Below, piece after piece: positions 35,525 through 47,875 of a DNA stretch of 64,000 nt. This DNA comes from Ranitomeya imitator (lineage: Eukaryota). The stretch spans positions 50,096,001-50,160,000 of the forward strand of contig NC_091286.1 of assembly GCF_032444005.1 (NCBI RefSeq). The letters are read 5' to 3'. The translations under genes and the position numbers were made by a program. The first letter of the stretch is position 1; each line of letters opens with the position of its first letter. The notes beneath the pieces are model-generated. The model was given only the letters and a program-made list of their open reading frames with translations, was not told where the DNA came from and did no database searches.

Positions 35525-36495
35525 AGCGGGCACCGGGGACACTGCGGGGAGTGGGGAGTACGGAGCTCGTGCCGGGGACACTGCGGGGAGTATGGAGTGG
35601 AGCGCCGGGGACACTGCGGGGAGTATGGAGCGGGCGCCGGGGACACTGACTGCGGGGAGTATGGAGCGGGCACCGGGGACACTGACTGCGGGAAGTGGGG
35701 AGTACGGAGCTCGTGCCGGGGACACTGACTGCGGGGAGTATGGAGCAGAGCACCGGGGACACTGACTGCGGGGAGTATGGAGCGGAGGGCCAGGGACACT
35801 GACTGTGGGGAGCATGGAGCGGAGCGCCAGGGACACTGACTGCGGGGAGTATGGAGCAGAGCACCGGGGACACTGCGGGAAGTGGGGAGTACGGAGCTCG
35901 TGCCGGGGACACTGACTGCGGGGAGTATGGAGTGGAGCGCCGGGGACACTGCGGGGAGTATGGAGCGGGCGCCGGGGACACTGACTGCGGGGAGTATGGA
36001 GCAGAGCACCGGGCACACTGACTGCAGGGAGTATGGAGTGGAGCGCCAGGGACACTGACTGCGGGGAGTATGGAGCAGAGCACTGGGGACACTGACTGTG
36101 GGGAGCATGGAGCAGAGCACCGGGCACACTGACTGCAGGGAGTATGGAGTGGAGCGCCAGGGACACTGACTGCGGGGAGTATGGAGCAGAGCACCGGGGA
36201 CACTGACTGCGGGGAGTATGGAGCGGAGCGCCAGGGACACTGACTGTGGGGAGCATGGAGCAGAGCACCGGGCACACTGACTGCAGGGAGTATGGAGTGG
36301 AGCGCCAGGGACACTGACTGCGGGGAGTATGGAGCAGAGCACTGGGGACACTGACTGCGGGGAGTATGGAGCGGAGCGCCAGGGACACTGACTGTGGGGA
36401 GCATGGAGCAGAGCACCGGGGACACTGACTGCGGGGAGTATGGAGTGGAGCGCCAGGGACACTGACTGCGGGGAGTATGGAGCGGGCGGCGGGCA
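35525..36495. repeat. 37-bp G-rich minisatellite inside Helitron
   Basis: Unit GCGGGGAGTATGGAGCAGAGCACCGGGGACACTGACT. Confidence 0.93.
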
Positions 36496-37773
36496 CTGTG
36501 ACTGTAGGGGAAGGAGTAATCGGACTGTGCCTGTCGCTGATTGGTCGCGGCAGCCATGACAGGCAGCTGCCGAGACCAATCAGTGACGCGGGATTTCTGT
36601 TACGGAAGTTGAGGACAGAAAGACGGAAGTACCTCTTAGACAATTATATGTATATATAGAATGAAAGTATATTCAATAATTGTATGATCGATATAAATTC
36701 TGCTTACAGGACTGTTATTGCCACCAATCTGCACTTCAATGATACGTTCACAGGTTTTTCATAAGAGTTTATAAATCGCTTCTGCTTCTAAATCCTCATA
36801 AAAAAAGTGTCAAATACTCTTTTGAATACATTTTCAACTGATTTTAATGGGAAAAGCTCCTATAGTGCAGGAAGTGCTATTTTTCACATAATTTTTGAAA
36901 TTTCCCAGTAAAACTAGTAGGAAGCATATTCAAAGAGTATTTGAAGCGTTTTTTTTAATGTGGATTTTTAGTAAAATCCGCTTCTTAATCCTCGTTGAAC
37001 TGAATAGGCCCTAAAGAGGAAGAGGTCATGTATCCAGATGGCTCTCTACACTAGATCAAGGGTTTGCGCACAACTCCCATAATCTACAGTGGAGTCACAG
37101 GTTTGGAAAGCCACCTGTCCAATTCACATACTGCTTCCTGGAGATCTCGGTGGTTGACTAGACGCCATTATCCTTATGCATCAAGAGATGTCTACGCAAT
37201 CCACCATTGGACTTGTCAGTCCCTGACCCCTAGGCTGGATTTTTCTGTCCATATGGTTGGGGGCCTGCAGATAATGGTGTTGCGTGCTGCAGGTTGTGCA
37301 CCCCTACTGTACAGGGTGTTGCAGTGTATAGCGGAATTGCATTTCTCCTATGAAGGCCATCCTGTGCCTGGGCTTCACAGGAGGATAGTGGGCCTGTCTG
37401 GCATGATAACCCATTGGTTCTTTGCATCCGTTACTGTTGGCACCAACCATATGTGACATGGGCGCGAAGGAATTGAGAAGTTTACATGCGATGATTTTAA
37501 CTTGGGACTGGGCATAATTTTACTTCTCACAACTTTTTTGGGGTTAAGCCTTTTGTATCTATTGGGAAGCGCTGCCATCTATGTCCCAAGACAGAATGCC
37601 CCGTAGTGCATATGAGGTCCCTTTCAGGTGGTTAATGAACATGTCAACAGCAGCATGTTGTATCTTGTAACTTCTTTTAACGGCCTCAGGCTTCAAAAGC
37701 CGTGAGGTAGCTCAAAGAAGGGCTATGGCGATTCTTTAGGCACCTTCCACATGAAAGCCCAGACTATTATATA

Positions 37774-38281
37774 TCTATATATATAATTGTCTAAGGGTTT
37801 TTCCGTCTGTCTGTCTGTCCTGGAAATCCCGCGTCTCTGATTGGTCGAGGCTGCCAGGCCTCGACCAATCAGCGACGGGCACAGCGACGATGATGTCATA
37901 AAGGACGTAGACATCCCGCGTCTCTGATTGCTCGAGGCCGCCAGGCCTCGACCAATCAGCGACGGGCACAGCGCCGATAATGTCATAAAGGACGTAGACA
38001 TCCCGCGTCTCTAATTGGTCGAGGCCGCCAGGCACAGCATCGACGTAGAAATCCCGCGCCTCTGATTGGTCGAGGCCGCCAGGCCTCAACCAATCAGCGA
38101 CGGGCACAGCGACGATAATGTCATAATGGTTGCCATGGCGACGATAATGTCATAAAGGTTGCCTCGACCAATCAGCGACGGGCACAGTCTGCCGTGAATT
38201 CTGGAATCATCATTGTCCATATACTACGGGGACATGCATATTCTAGAATACCCGATGCGTTAGAATCGGGCCACAGTCTAG
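37774..38281 (+). mobile_element. Non-autonomous Helitron
   Basis: A|TCTATATATATAATTGTC... 5' end; 3' hairpin CCCGAT-GCGTTAGA-ATCGGG then CTAG|T; inserted between A and T with no duplication. Confidence 0.88.
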
Positions 38282-39090
38282 TATATTATATACACACATA
38301 TATAATATATTAGACACATAATGACAGCAGTAGAGGCGGCATAAAAATGCTGAAAAAGGACACTGAAGTGTCTTCTGCTTCCATAACGATGCAAATATGC
38401 CGATGACTGTAAGACGTCTTGTGCACATAGTCTTGCACCAATTTAAAAACCACCTACAGTCAGATATGATTTTTTTTCCTACTTGTGCGCATCCTTATTC
38501 TCAGAAGATTAAAGCAGATCTGTCACCAGATTTCACAATAAAAACTGCATTCATTACTAACTAGATCTCTGAGATGTGATGATGGGGCTGATTAGCATTT
38601 TCCAGGGCCGCATGTCTTGATTGTGAAGCTTCTGTGTGTCCCTCCTCACACTGCTCAGTACCATCTGCAGCTGTCACTCCATTATTATCTTATCAGAATA
38701 AGGACACAACATGTGCAATGGAGTACACAGTTTACTAATGATAAAGCATTGCATCACAGGTATCGCCAGATTTCACGGTATAAACTGCATCCATTATTAA
38801 ACAGATCTGTTAGCCCTTACTAACAAAAGCAACAAAAATCAGATTGGCTATATAGAGTCCAATGTAACAATGAGAGCTCATGAGTCCAAGTGTATTCAGT
38901 CTCTGCCTATCCAGCCCTTCTGTCAGCTGCAGCTTGTACTGAGCAGTGTGATATCGCAGCAGGGAGGAGGGACACTGAGATGTCAATCTGGATTCAACAT
39001 CAGTCTCGATAATGTCACCTTTGACTTTTTGTCATTTATATTCGGTTATGAATCTGACACACGTTTAATGTTAAGTATCCGATGCCTGAA

Positions 39091-39131
<41 letters not shown>

Positions 39132-39246
39132 ATACCTTCCATTGGGTTTTCCTTCATAGACACAGATTTTTAACTTTTTTTTTCAACTCAAAATTTTTAG
39201 GTAAAGAAAAATTGTGTTGTCACCAGTTTCCATAAAACCTCTTCAT

Positions 39247-39252
39247 TTTATT
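39247..39252 (-). terminator. Candidate LHCGR polyadenylation signal
   Basis: AATAAA on the minus strand about 167 nt after the stop codon; the region is AT-rich, so a chance match is possible. Confidence 0.35.
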
Positions 39253-39418
39253 AACTCTTTCTTTGTCACAGCACTGTTCCTTGTTTACAACAATTAAAAT
39301 ATCAAGCGCCAGGTGGTGCCTCGTATATACATAAATAGATGTACATATTTACAGAATGATTTTCCTTTCAGTAATGATTTGTGCAGTTTAATTAAGTACT
39401 ACGGATCGAGGTGAAGAC

Positions 39419-40550
39419 TCAAGTGTCCGTACATGCCGGTTTGTCTTTTATGCTCAAGTATTGGGGATCAAAGGTGGTAAGGTGCAGATCAGCCCTGGAT
39501 GCCTTTTTTGGTCCGGTGTATACGCTGTCGGTCTTGCAGTTGGAGGTATAGGCTGTGAAATTACTGACTCTGTAAAGTTCCGCTTGAGCCTTGCAGCAAC
39601 CGAACTTGCTCATGAGCAGGAAGAAATCTCTCCGGAACGCTTTGGTAAAGATTGCATATAGGAATGGGTTAGCGCAGGAATTCACGGGGTAGAACAAGAC
39701 CAGCAATATTTTGGAATTGGTCACGGTAATAAGTGGAACTTTAAAGGCTGCGGAAATGGCGAAGAATGAAATTGGCGCCATGCATGTAAAATCGGTGAAG
39801 ATGAGCACCGCCATTTTTTTAGCTATTGTGGTGTCTTTGTTGGTCGGCGTGAACTCTGGATTTTGGACGGCGATGTAGATTTTGATGTAACAGGCGCATA
39901 TGATAATGAAGGCTATGACATTGAGCACCAATATGATGATTATGTATGCCTGTGAAAGAGGCGTTTCTATGTCCATGGGCAGGCATATACTGACTTTAAT
40001 GTAATTGCTTACGCCAACAAGAGGCAGAAGAGCAATGAGTAGCGAAAAAATCCAGCCTCCGAGCATTATCAAAATTGCGTGTCTTAACCGGAGCTTACGG
40101 TCAAGTTGCATTGCATAGGTGATCGTATGCCATCTCTCAAGGGTTATCACAGTGAGAGTGTACACCGACAGCTCACTGGCAAATACCGTGAAGAATCCAG
40201 CCGCGCTGCAGCCGCTCCCGGTCTGCCAGTCAATAGCATGGTTATAGTACTGACTTTTAGTCTTGGAGTCAACCGATGCGATCAGCAGTAGATAAATCCC
40301 CATGCAAAAGTCTGCGAACGACAGGTTGCACATCAGAAAGCGAGGAACGGTGAACTTGTAATGACTTGTCAGCAGGACTAAAAGAACCACGGCATTTCCT
40401 GCAATAGCAAGTATGCTAATAAACCAGATCAGGACTCGAAGGAAATTGTAGCCCACGATGTCCTCGCAAGGGTTAAAGGCATCTGGCTCTGGGTTACATT
40501 TCAGGGTTCTCGGCTTAAAAAATTCTTCATAGTCCATCGTCAGTTCCATA
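39419..40550 (-). CDS. LHCGR: LHCGR terminal exon (exon 11 equivalent): end of hinge, 7TM domain and C-tail
   Basis: Acceptor TTTTTTTCAG at 40551-60, phase 2. DYEE...[83 protein letters not shown] and the C-tail are LHCGR-type rather than FSHR/TSHR-type. Confidence 0.96.
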
Positions 40551-40788
40551 CTGAAAAAAACAAAACAATATGTTGTCAATTACAATCGATATAACAAAAT
40601 TTTGTATATTCAGTTGCAAAAAATTATTCATTCTCCATTGCAAATTAGGATTATAAGGCCGGCATCACACTAGCGTGTTTTACGGACATATGAGCGGCGC
40701 AGAAAATATGCATTGCACACGGTACATTGATTCTCTATGGCCCAGCTCCTACCTTGCGTATTTTACGCAACCGTATTATACAGTCTTG

Positions 40789-43186
40789 GGCCGGCGTCAC
40801 ACTAGGCGTAAGTAAATACGGTCTGTTTTTTACGGCCGTAATACGAAGTAATTGTCCTAAAATACTGTTCCGTATTCAATGCGAGGATGCGATTTTTACG
40901 CACAAATTTATCCGTATGTAATCCGTATGGCTTCCGGACGGCGATTTTTTTTCACGCAGGCTTGCAAAATGGACATATCATGGATCCATCGGCTCAAATA
41001 TTCTTAAAAACATATATACAGTTATATATATATATATATATATAATGTCAGTGAGACACATATATATATATTTATATTTAATTCAGTGCTAGATAGCAGA
41101 AAAGCCGGTAATTCAATTGCCGGCTTTTCCTATCTCCTTCACAAACCCGACATGATATGAGACATGGCTTACATACAGTAAACCGTCTCATATCTCTTCT
41201 TTTGTTACATATTCCTCTTTAGTAATGTAAGAAGTGTCTTTGTGTCAAATTTGGGGTCTCTAGCTATTAAATTAAAGGGTTAAATCCCGGAAAAAATTGG
41301 CGTGGTCTCCCGTGCAATTTTCTCCGCCAGAGTGGGAAAGCCAGTGACTGAGGGCAGATATTATTAGCCTAGAGAGGGACCATGGTTATTGCCCCCCCCC
41401 TGGCCAAAAACATCTGCCCCTAGCCACCCCAGAAAAGGCACATCTGTAAGATGCGCCTATTCTGGCACTTAGCCTCTCTCTTCCCATTCCCGTGTAGCAG
41501 TGGGATATGGGGTAATAAAGGGTTAATGTCACCTTGCTATTGTAAGGTGACATTAAGCCCGGTTAATAATGGAGAGGCGTCAATTATGACACCTATCCAT
41601 TATTAATCCAATAGTACGAAATGGTTAATAAAACACACACACATTATTAAAAAGTATTTGAATGAAATACAGACACATGGTGTTTTAATATTTTATTATA
41701 CTCTTAATCCACCTGAAGACCCTTGTCACCTGAAATAAAGTTAAAAAAACAAACAATATTCCATACCTTCCGTCGTTCAGTCTTGTCCCACGCTGTAAAT
41801 CCATCTGAAGGGGTTAAATCATTTTACACCCAGGGGCTCTGCTAATGCATCTGTGCTCCTGACTGTAAAATCTGGGGAATGAATGGAAAGCAGGGTAATG
41901 TAGCTACCTACTGTAGACTTGCGGTGCTGCGCCCCCTGCTGGTATAAACTCATATGAACTCGAGCGTGAGAAAATATTCAGAAAAATTCACACGCTCGAG
42001 TTCATCTGAGGTTATGCCAGCAGGGGGCGTAGCACCGCAAGTCTAGATAGCTACGTTTCCCTGCTTTCCATTCATTCCCCAGATTTTACAGTCAGGAGCA
42101 CAGCTGCATTAGCAGAGCTCCTGGGTGTAAAATGATTTGACCCCTTCAGATGGATTTACAGCGTGGGACAAGACTGAACGATGGAAGGTATGGGATATTG
42201 TTGTTTTTTTATTTTAACTTTGTTTCAGGTGACAAGGGTCTTCAATTGGATTGAGAGTATGATAAACTATTAAAACACGATGTGTCTTTATTTCAATAAA
42301 ATACTTTTTTCATAATGTGTGTGTTTTAGTAACCATTTACTACTATTGGATTAATAATGGATAGGTATCTTATTGACGCCTCTCCATTATTAACCTGGCT
42401 TAATGTCACCTTACAATAGCAAGGTGACATTAACCCTTTATTACCCCATATCCCACCGCTACACGGGAGTTGGAAGAGAGAGGCTAAGTGCCAGAATAGG
42501 CACATCTTACAGATGTGGCATTTCTGGGGTGGCTGGGGGCAGATGTTTTTAGCCGGGGGGGGGGGGGGGGTCCTATAACTATGCTCCCTCTCTAGGCTAT
42601 AAAATATCTGCCCTCAGTCACTGGCTTTCACACTATGGCGGAGAAAATTGCACGGGAGCCCACGCCAGTTTTTTCCGCGATTTAACCCTTTATTTTAACA
42701 GCTAGAGCCCCCAAATTTTGCACACACACACTCGGAACATTAGTAGTGAGGATTATGCAAAAAAAGGGATATGAAAAGGTTTACTGTATGTAGACCATGT
42801 CTCATATCCTGTCGGGTTTGGGAAGGAGATAGCAAAAGCCGGCAATTGAATTACTGGCTTTTCTGCTATCTAGCGCTGTATGAAATATATATATATACGT
42901 GTCTCACTGACATATATATATATGTATGTATGTATGTATATAGACTGTATATACGTTTTCACAAATATTTGAGCCCATGGATCCATTGTATGTCCGTTTT
43001 GCAAGCCGGCGAGAAAATCTCGCTGTACGGATGCCATACGGATTACATACGGAGGATGACATGCGCAAAATATGCTGCCACACCCTGACTACGGATGACA
43101 TACGGATCACTATTTTGGGAACATTTCTGTGTATTACGGCCATAAAAAACGGACCGTATTTTCATACGCCTAGTGTGACGCCGGCC
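40789..43186. mobile_element. 2.4-kb fold-back Harbinger-like MITE
   Basis: GGCCGGCGTCACACTAGGCG...CGCCTAGTGTGACGCCGGCC|TTA; arms are homologous up to the centre near 41975. A partial second left end lies at 40657-40787. Confidence 0.85.
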
Positions 43187-43478
43187 TTAGTTAAATTGTA
43201 ACACTTTTTGCTGTTTGCAATTAAAAAAATTTTTAAAACAAGAACAATTTAAAGGGAACCTGGCAGCAGGATTTCACCGCCTAATTATTTATATGTTCAT
43301 GTAACTCTTTGAAAGACAAGTCCAGCAATACCCCTACCTAGAAAATCCGTTCCTCCATTCCAAATCAGCACTTGTATTGCTATACAGTTAAAGCAATGGT
43401 AGATCTGAAGCCTCTGTCACTCCAGCTCTATTCCCTGCCCAGCGCCGCATTATCCTGCTGGACTTGGAGCCTCTATGC

Positions 43479-43664
43479 CAGGGGTCCCCAACTCCAGGCC
43501 TCGAGGGCCGCCAACAGTGCAGGTTTTCAGGATTTCTTTAGTATTGCATCGGTGGTTATGTGATCATCTGCACAGGTGATGATTCCAACCCCTGTGCAAT
43601 ACTAAGGAAATCCTGAAAACCTGCACTGTTGGCGGCCCTCGAGGCCTGGAGTTGGGGACCCCTG
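43479..43664. mobile_element. hAT-like palindromic MITE
   Basis: CAGGGGTCCCCAACTCCAGGCC...GGCCTGGAGTTGGGGACCCCTG with about 65-bp arms; 8-bp duplication not evident. Confidence 0.7.
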
Positions 43665-43669
43665 TCTTA

Positions 43670-44677
43670 GGGTATGTTCACACGTTCCTGATTTCCCTCC
43701 TTTTTTTTCAGGACTGAAACCGCAGCTCTTTGCAGAAAACGCAGGTCCTTTTTTTGGTGCTTTTTTGGTGCGTTTTTTGGTGCGTTTTTTGATGCGTTTT
43801 TTAATGCGTTTTTTTATGCAGTTTTCTATGCAGAGTCTGTGTGTTTTCTAGGAAGTTTTTTAGGGTTAAAATGGCTGAAAATACCCTAACCCTACCCCTA
43901 ACCCTGCCCCTAACCCTAACCCTACCCCTAACCCTAACCCTACCCCTAACCCTACCCCTAACCCTACCCCTAACCCTACCCCTAACTCTAACCCTATTCT
44001 AACCTTAGTGGAAAAAACAAATTCTTAATTTTTTTATTGTCCCTACCTATGGGGGTGACAAAGGGGGGGGGGGTGTCATTTACTATTTTTTTTATTTTGA
44101 TCACTGAGATAGGTTATATCTCAGTGATCAAAACGCACTTTGGAACGAATCTGCCGGCCGGCAGATTCGGCGGGCGCACTACGCATGCGCCCGCCATTTT
44201 GCAAGATGGCGGCACCCAGGGAGAAGACGGCCGGACGGACACCGGGAGGCCGGGTAAGTATAAGGGGGGGAGATTAGGGCACGGGGGGGCATCGGAGCAC
44301 GGGGGGGGGGGGGGCATCGGAGCATGGGTGGGTGGGATCGGGGCAGCCACACTCTGCCCACGCACTTCCGCCCGCTTCCCCGCACTTCCTGCTGCAGCGG
44401 TTCGGCACCACAAACCGCAATAAAACCCGCAGATATATTTTTGATCTGCGGGTTTTACTGCGGGTTTGACCTCACAATGGAGGTCTATGGGTGCAGAACC
44501 GCTGCGACTCCGAAAAAAGAGGTGACATGGTACTTCTTTTTTACCACGGCTATTCAGCGCGGCTTTTTTTCCCGATTCCCGCATCATGTGCACAGTGGTT
44601 CCTGTTTTCCATAGGGTACATTGTACTGCAAAAACGCTGCGGTTCCGCAGAAAAAAACGCACTGTATGAACATGGCC
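43670..44677 (+). mobile_element. Composite Harbinger-like MITE, second copy
   Basis: TTA|GGGTATGTTCACAC...GAACATGGCC|TTA; collinear with 22058-23013. Confidence 0.88.
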
Positions 44678-46489
44678 TTACAGTTTCTAAGATCTCTCCT
44701 AGTGGCCATTATATATATATATATTTTTTTGCTTCCACTGAATGAAAACCTGCTATATTTGTGTTGTGATCAGGTGCCATAAACCCTAAGGAAGCCATAG
44801 TGCATGGTGTACCACGTAGGGCTTCTTTTACTCTCTACCCACATTCATTTTTTAGGGTTTATGCCATTTAGGTCACATACTCATTTCTGATCTGGTATTT
44901 AATTATTCTACTCACTTTATTCTTCTATTTTTCAGTCACTTTACACCATTCTATTCGTTCTGATGTATTTGTTTATTGAGGCTTTCAGGGAGATTGTATT
45001 GATCCCTTTATATACTCCATTTTGGGGATCTGGTCATGTGCAAAAAACTTGTTGTTTTGGTTTCTTTGCCTTTTTAACGTTTTAACGTTTTTAATGTTGA
45101 TTTGTTCACCATGTATATTTTATACAATGCAGGCTGTCTCCCATTTCATATTATTATTATCATTATTTTATTTTCTTCTATTTTTAGGGTGCTATTATTT
45201 TACTGGTGCTTTAAATACACCATTCTTTTTTCCTCTTTATACATGTGTTTTGGTGTATAGCACAGAACTCTCTGATATTGGTAGTGCTTGCCATACATGT
45301 CTTTTTCCATATAAGTGTATAGCACATTCTAGTAATCTATAACGAGCCATGCACCTCAGTGATTTTTAAAGGAATCTGTCAGCAGGTTTTTATCATGTTA
45401 ATCTGAAAGCATGTAGGGCCTGAGACCCCGATTCCAGGGATGTAACTTACTGGGCTGCTTGTTGTCATTTCAATAAAATCAGTGTTTTATCAGCAGGAGA
45501 TTATCACTAGAGGACTAGTTGTCTTGTGTCAGGTAGTCTTCCTGCTCTGTGTAACCACGCCCAAACCTCTGATTGGAAAATTTCTGCCAGTGTTCAGTGT
45601 GCACAGAAAGCAGCCAATCAGTGGTGTGGGTGGAGATATACAGAGCTCTGCATTCAGGGAAGTGCTTGATCTGAAGGAGAAAAAACAGGGATTTTATCAA
45701 AACTGCAGCAAGCAGCCCAGTTTTTACATGTCGCTGGAATCAGGGCCTCTGCCCCTACATTTTGCTGCTCTCAGATAACATGGAAAAACCTGGTGACAAA
45801 TTCCATTGTAAGGATGGGGTCACATGAATATACCAGAAAAGTAAGATGATTTTGTTCTCGATTGTTATCATGTGCAGTCTGTATACAATTAATCTTTTTA
45901 CTCATGTGCTATTAATTATAATTTAAAGTTTCCTATGTCACAGAATTGCAATGTATCCGTAACAATCGACTGCCACTCTGATGGTCCGCATGGCATCTGA
46001 TTTTTTTTTTCTTTCTTGCACCCGTCTGATTTTGGAGTGAATACAACTTCACACCAGTCCAAGTGCAAGCCCCTCTTCTACAGGATTGCACTTGTCTGAG
46101 TTATTCTGTGGTTGTAACCATTAAGATTCAATGACTACAAGCGGAGATTTTGAAAAAAAAAAAAAAAGTGAGGAATTGATACGAAAGAAATAATCGAAAA
46201 CTGCACATCTTATAACCCCCAGTGGTCGCTGAACTGAAGGATCAAAAGTGTTCAGGACTCTCCTCTTCCCACACTAAAGAGGGGCTCCATAGATTTCCTG
46301 CTGAGTTCATCTTCATTGTCGGAGGAAAGCAACAAAAGACTTTTTTCCCTCCATTTGAAGGATTGGTGGGAGTCTCCGCACCCAGAGAACCACTGATCAA
46401 AACTTTTGACATGTCTCCAAAAATGTACGTGCACGTTAGTAATGCACAATTTTTCTAGATTAAATAAAAAGGAAATCACTGCTGCTTAC

Positions 46490-46570
46490 TTTGTTTCATT
46501 TGTTTGCTTCCTTGGCAAAATGTTACCTTGGTTTGTCAAGTTTCCTAAGTATGCAAGCGGGGAGTCAAGC
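46490..46570 (-). CDS. LHCGR: LHCGR exon 10 (81-bp hinge exon)
   Basis: CTTCTCTACCCCCACAG acceptor and AA|GTAAGC donor; exactly 81 nt, phase 2/2, joins exon 11 in frame. Encodes LDSPLAYLGNLTNQGNILPRKQTNET with N10, Q14, R20, K21, N24, T26 at the same positions as human exon 10 as I recall it ([26 protein letters not shown]). Confidence 0.88.
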
Positions 46571-46699
46571 CTGTGGGGGTAGAGAAGCATTATATAAGCG
46601 AACACACAATATGCTGCATTTCTATCTTACAAGGGACCAATTTAACATTTTTAAGCTTTGGTATTCATTGATTTAATGGTATAAACTAACGAGAGGGAT

Positions 46700-47335
46700 A
46701 ACATACTACATAACATATAATATATAACATGTAATAATATATAATATGCAATAATATATATAACATTTAATAATGAAATAATATATAACATGTAATATAA
46801 CATGTAGTAATATATAACAATAATATAACATGTAATAATAATTAATAATTTTATTTATATAGCGCCAACATATTCCGCAGGGCTTTACAAATTATAGAGG
46901 GGACTTGTACAGACAATAGACATTACAGCATAACAATAATCACAGTTCAAAACAGATACCAAGAGGAATGAGGGCCCTGCTTACAATCTATGAGGAAAAA
47001 GGGGAGACACAAGAGGTGGATGGTAACAATTGCATTAGTTATGTAATTTATGTAGTTTAGTAATGTAATAATATGTATAACATGTAATATAATATATAAC
47101 ATGTAATAATATATATATAACATGTAATAATATATGTAACATGTAATAATATAATGTATTACATGTAATAATATATTACTTGTAATAATTAAGAATATAG
47201 AAGATGTAATAATATATAACATTTAATATGTATAAATATGTATATATAATATATAACATGCAATAATAATATAATATATAACATGCAATAGTATAATATA
47301 TAACATGTAATAATAGTATATAATGTAAAAATCAT
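46700..47335. repeat. AT-rich TATATAACATGTAATAA minisatellite containing an L2-like 3' end (about 46840-47030)
   Basis: Low-complexity repeat; AATAATTTTTATTTATATAGCGCC motif typical of L2/CR1-related 3' ends. Confidence 0.7.
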
Positions 47336-47875
47336 TGACTTATAAAGACAGAACATTACAATATTTCTTACAAAGAACAATGCTAAGGTAAAAAAAAAAG
47401 ATTGAATAGAATATCCATACAACAGCAGGAGGTGTATAAGAAAATTACATACAACAGAAAACAGAAGAAAAAAAACGATTGGGTGAGTGAACATGAAAAC
47501 GTTGGGGAAGGGAACAGGGAAGATTCAGATGTCATGTTCATCCACGTGACTGCCGCAGTCTCTGGCCACTTTGGTCTAGTGTTGTACTGAGCCTAGTGAT
47601 TGACTGCTGTGGTCCCGTGAATGTATGGCATGGGCACGTCATCACTGCGAAGAAATACAGAAGTTGTGGAGCCCATTGCTTCTGGAACTTTGAGGGATTG
47701 AACAGTTGTTTTTTGTTATTTTATCGACTTTCCTTCTGTTGAACCATTTTTTGTAAAAATCATGAACATCCCACTTACCGTCATTAATTTTAACGAGAAA
47801 TCTCATCTCAAATATAAATTATTTATTTATTAAAGGAGATAAAAGTTTGCCCCATTCTGAATTTTTCTATGTGGT

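Larger units (their letters stand above)
34482..36660 (-). mobile_element. Non-autonomous Helitron with two minisatellites and a palindromic core
   Basis: Minus strand 5' TCTATATATAC...; 3' hairpin CCCGAT..ATCGGG followed by CTAG|T. Same termini as 37774-38281. Confidence 0.8.

Noticed and set aside
35441-36643. 360-400 aa Pro/Ser-rich ORFs
   Set aside because: 37-bp tandem repeat within a Helitron.
37020-37760. Unassigned sequence with short ORFs
   Set aside because: No motif, termini or splice pattern that I can support.
40551-40579. ORF-track start [10 protein letters not shown] for LHCGR
   Set aside because: Intronic polypyrimidine tract; the true boundary is the phase-2 AG at 40551-52.
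46252-46479. 75-aa minus-strand ORF as a LHCGR hinge exon
   Set aside because: Wrong phase, no donor before the stop, and it overlaps a MITE remnant; the 81-bp exon at 46490 fits far better.
47640-47830. Donor-like ACG|GTAAGT at about 47779 and an RRKVDKIT peptide
   Set aside because: No consistent acceptor, phase or LHCGR similarity.
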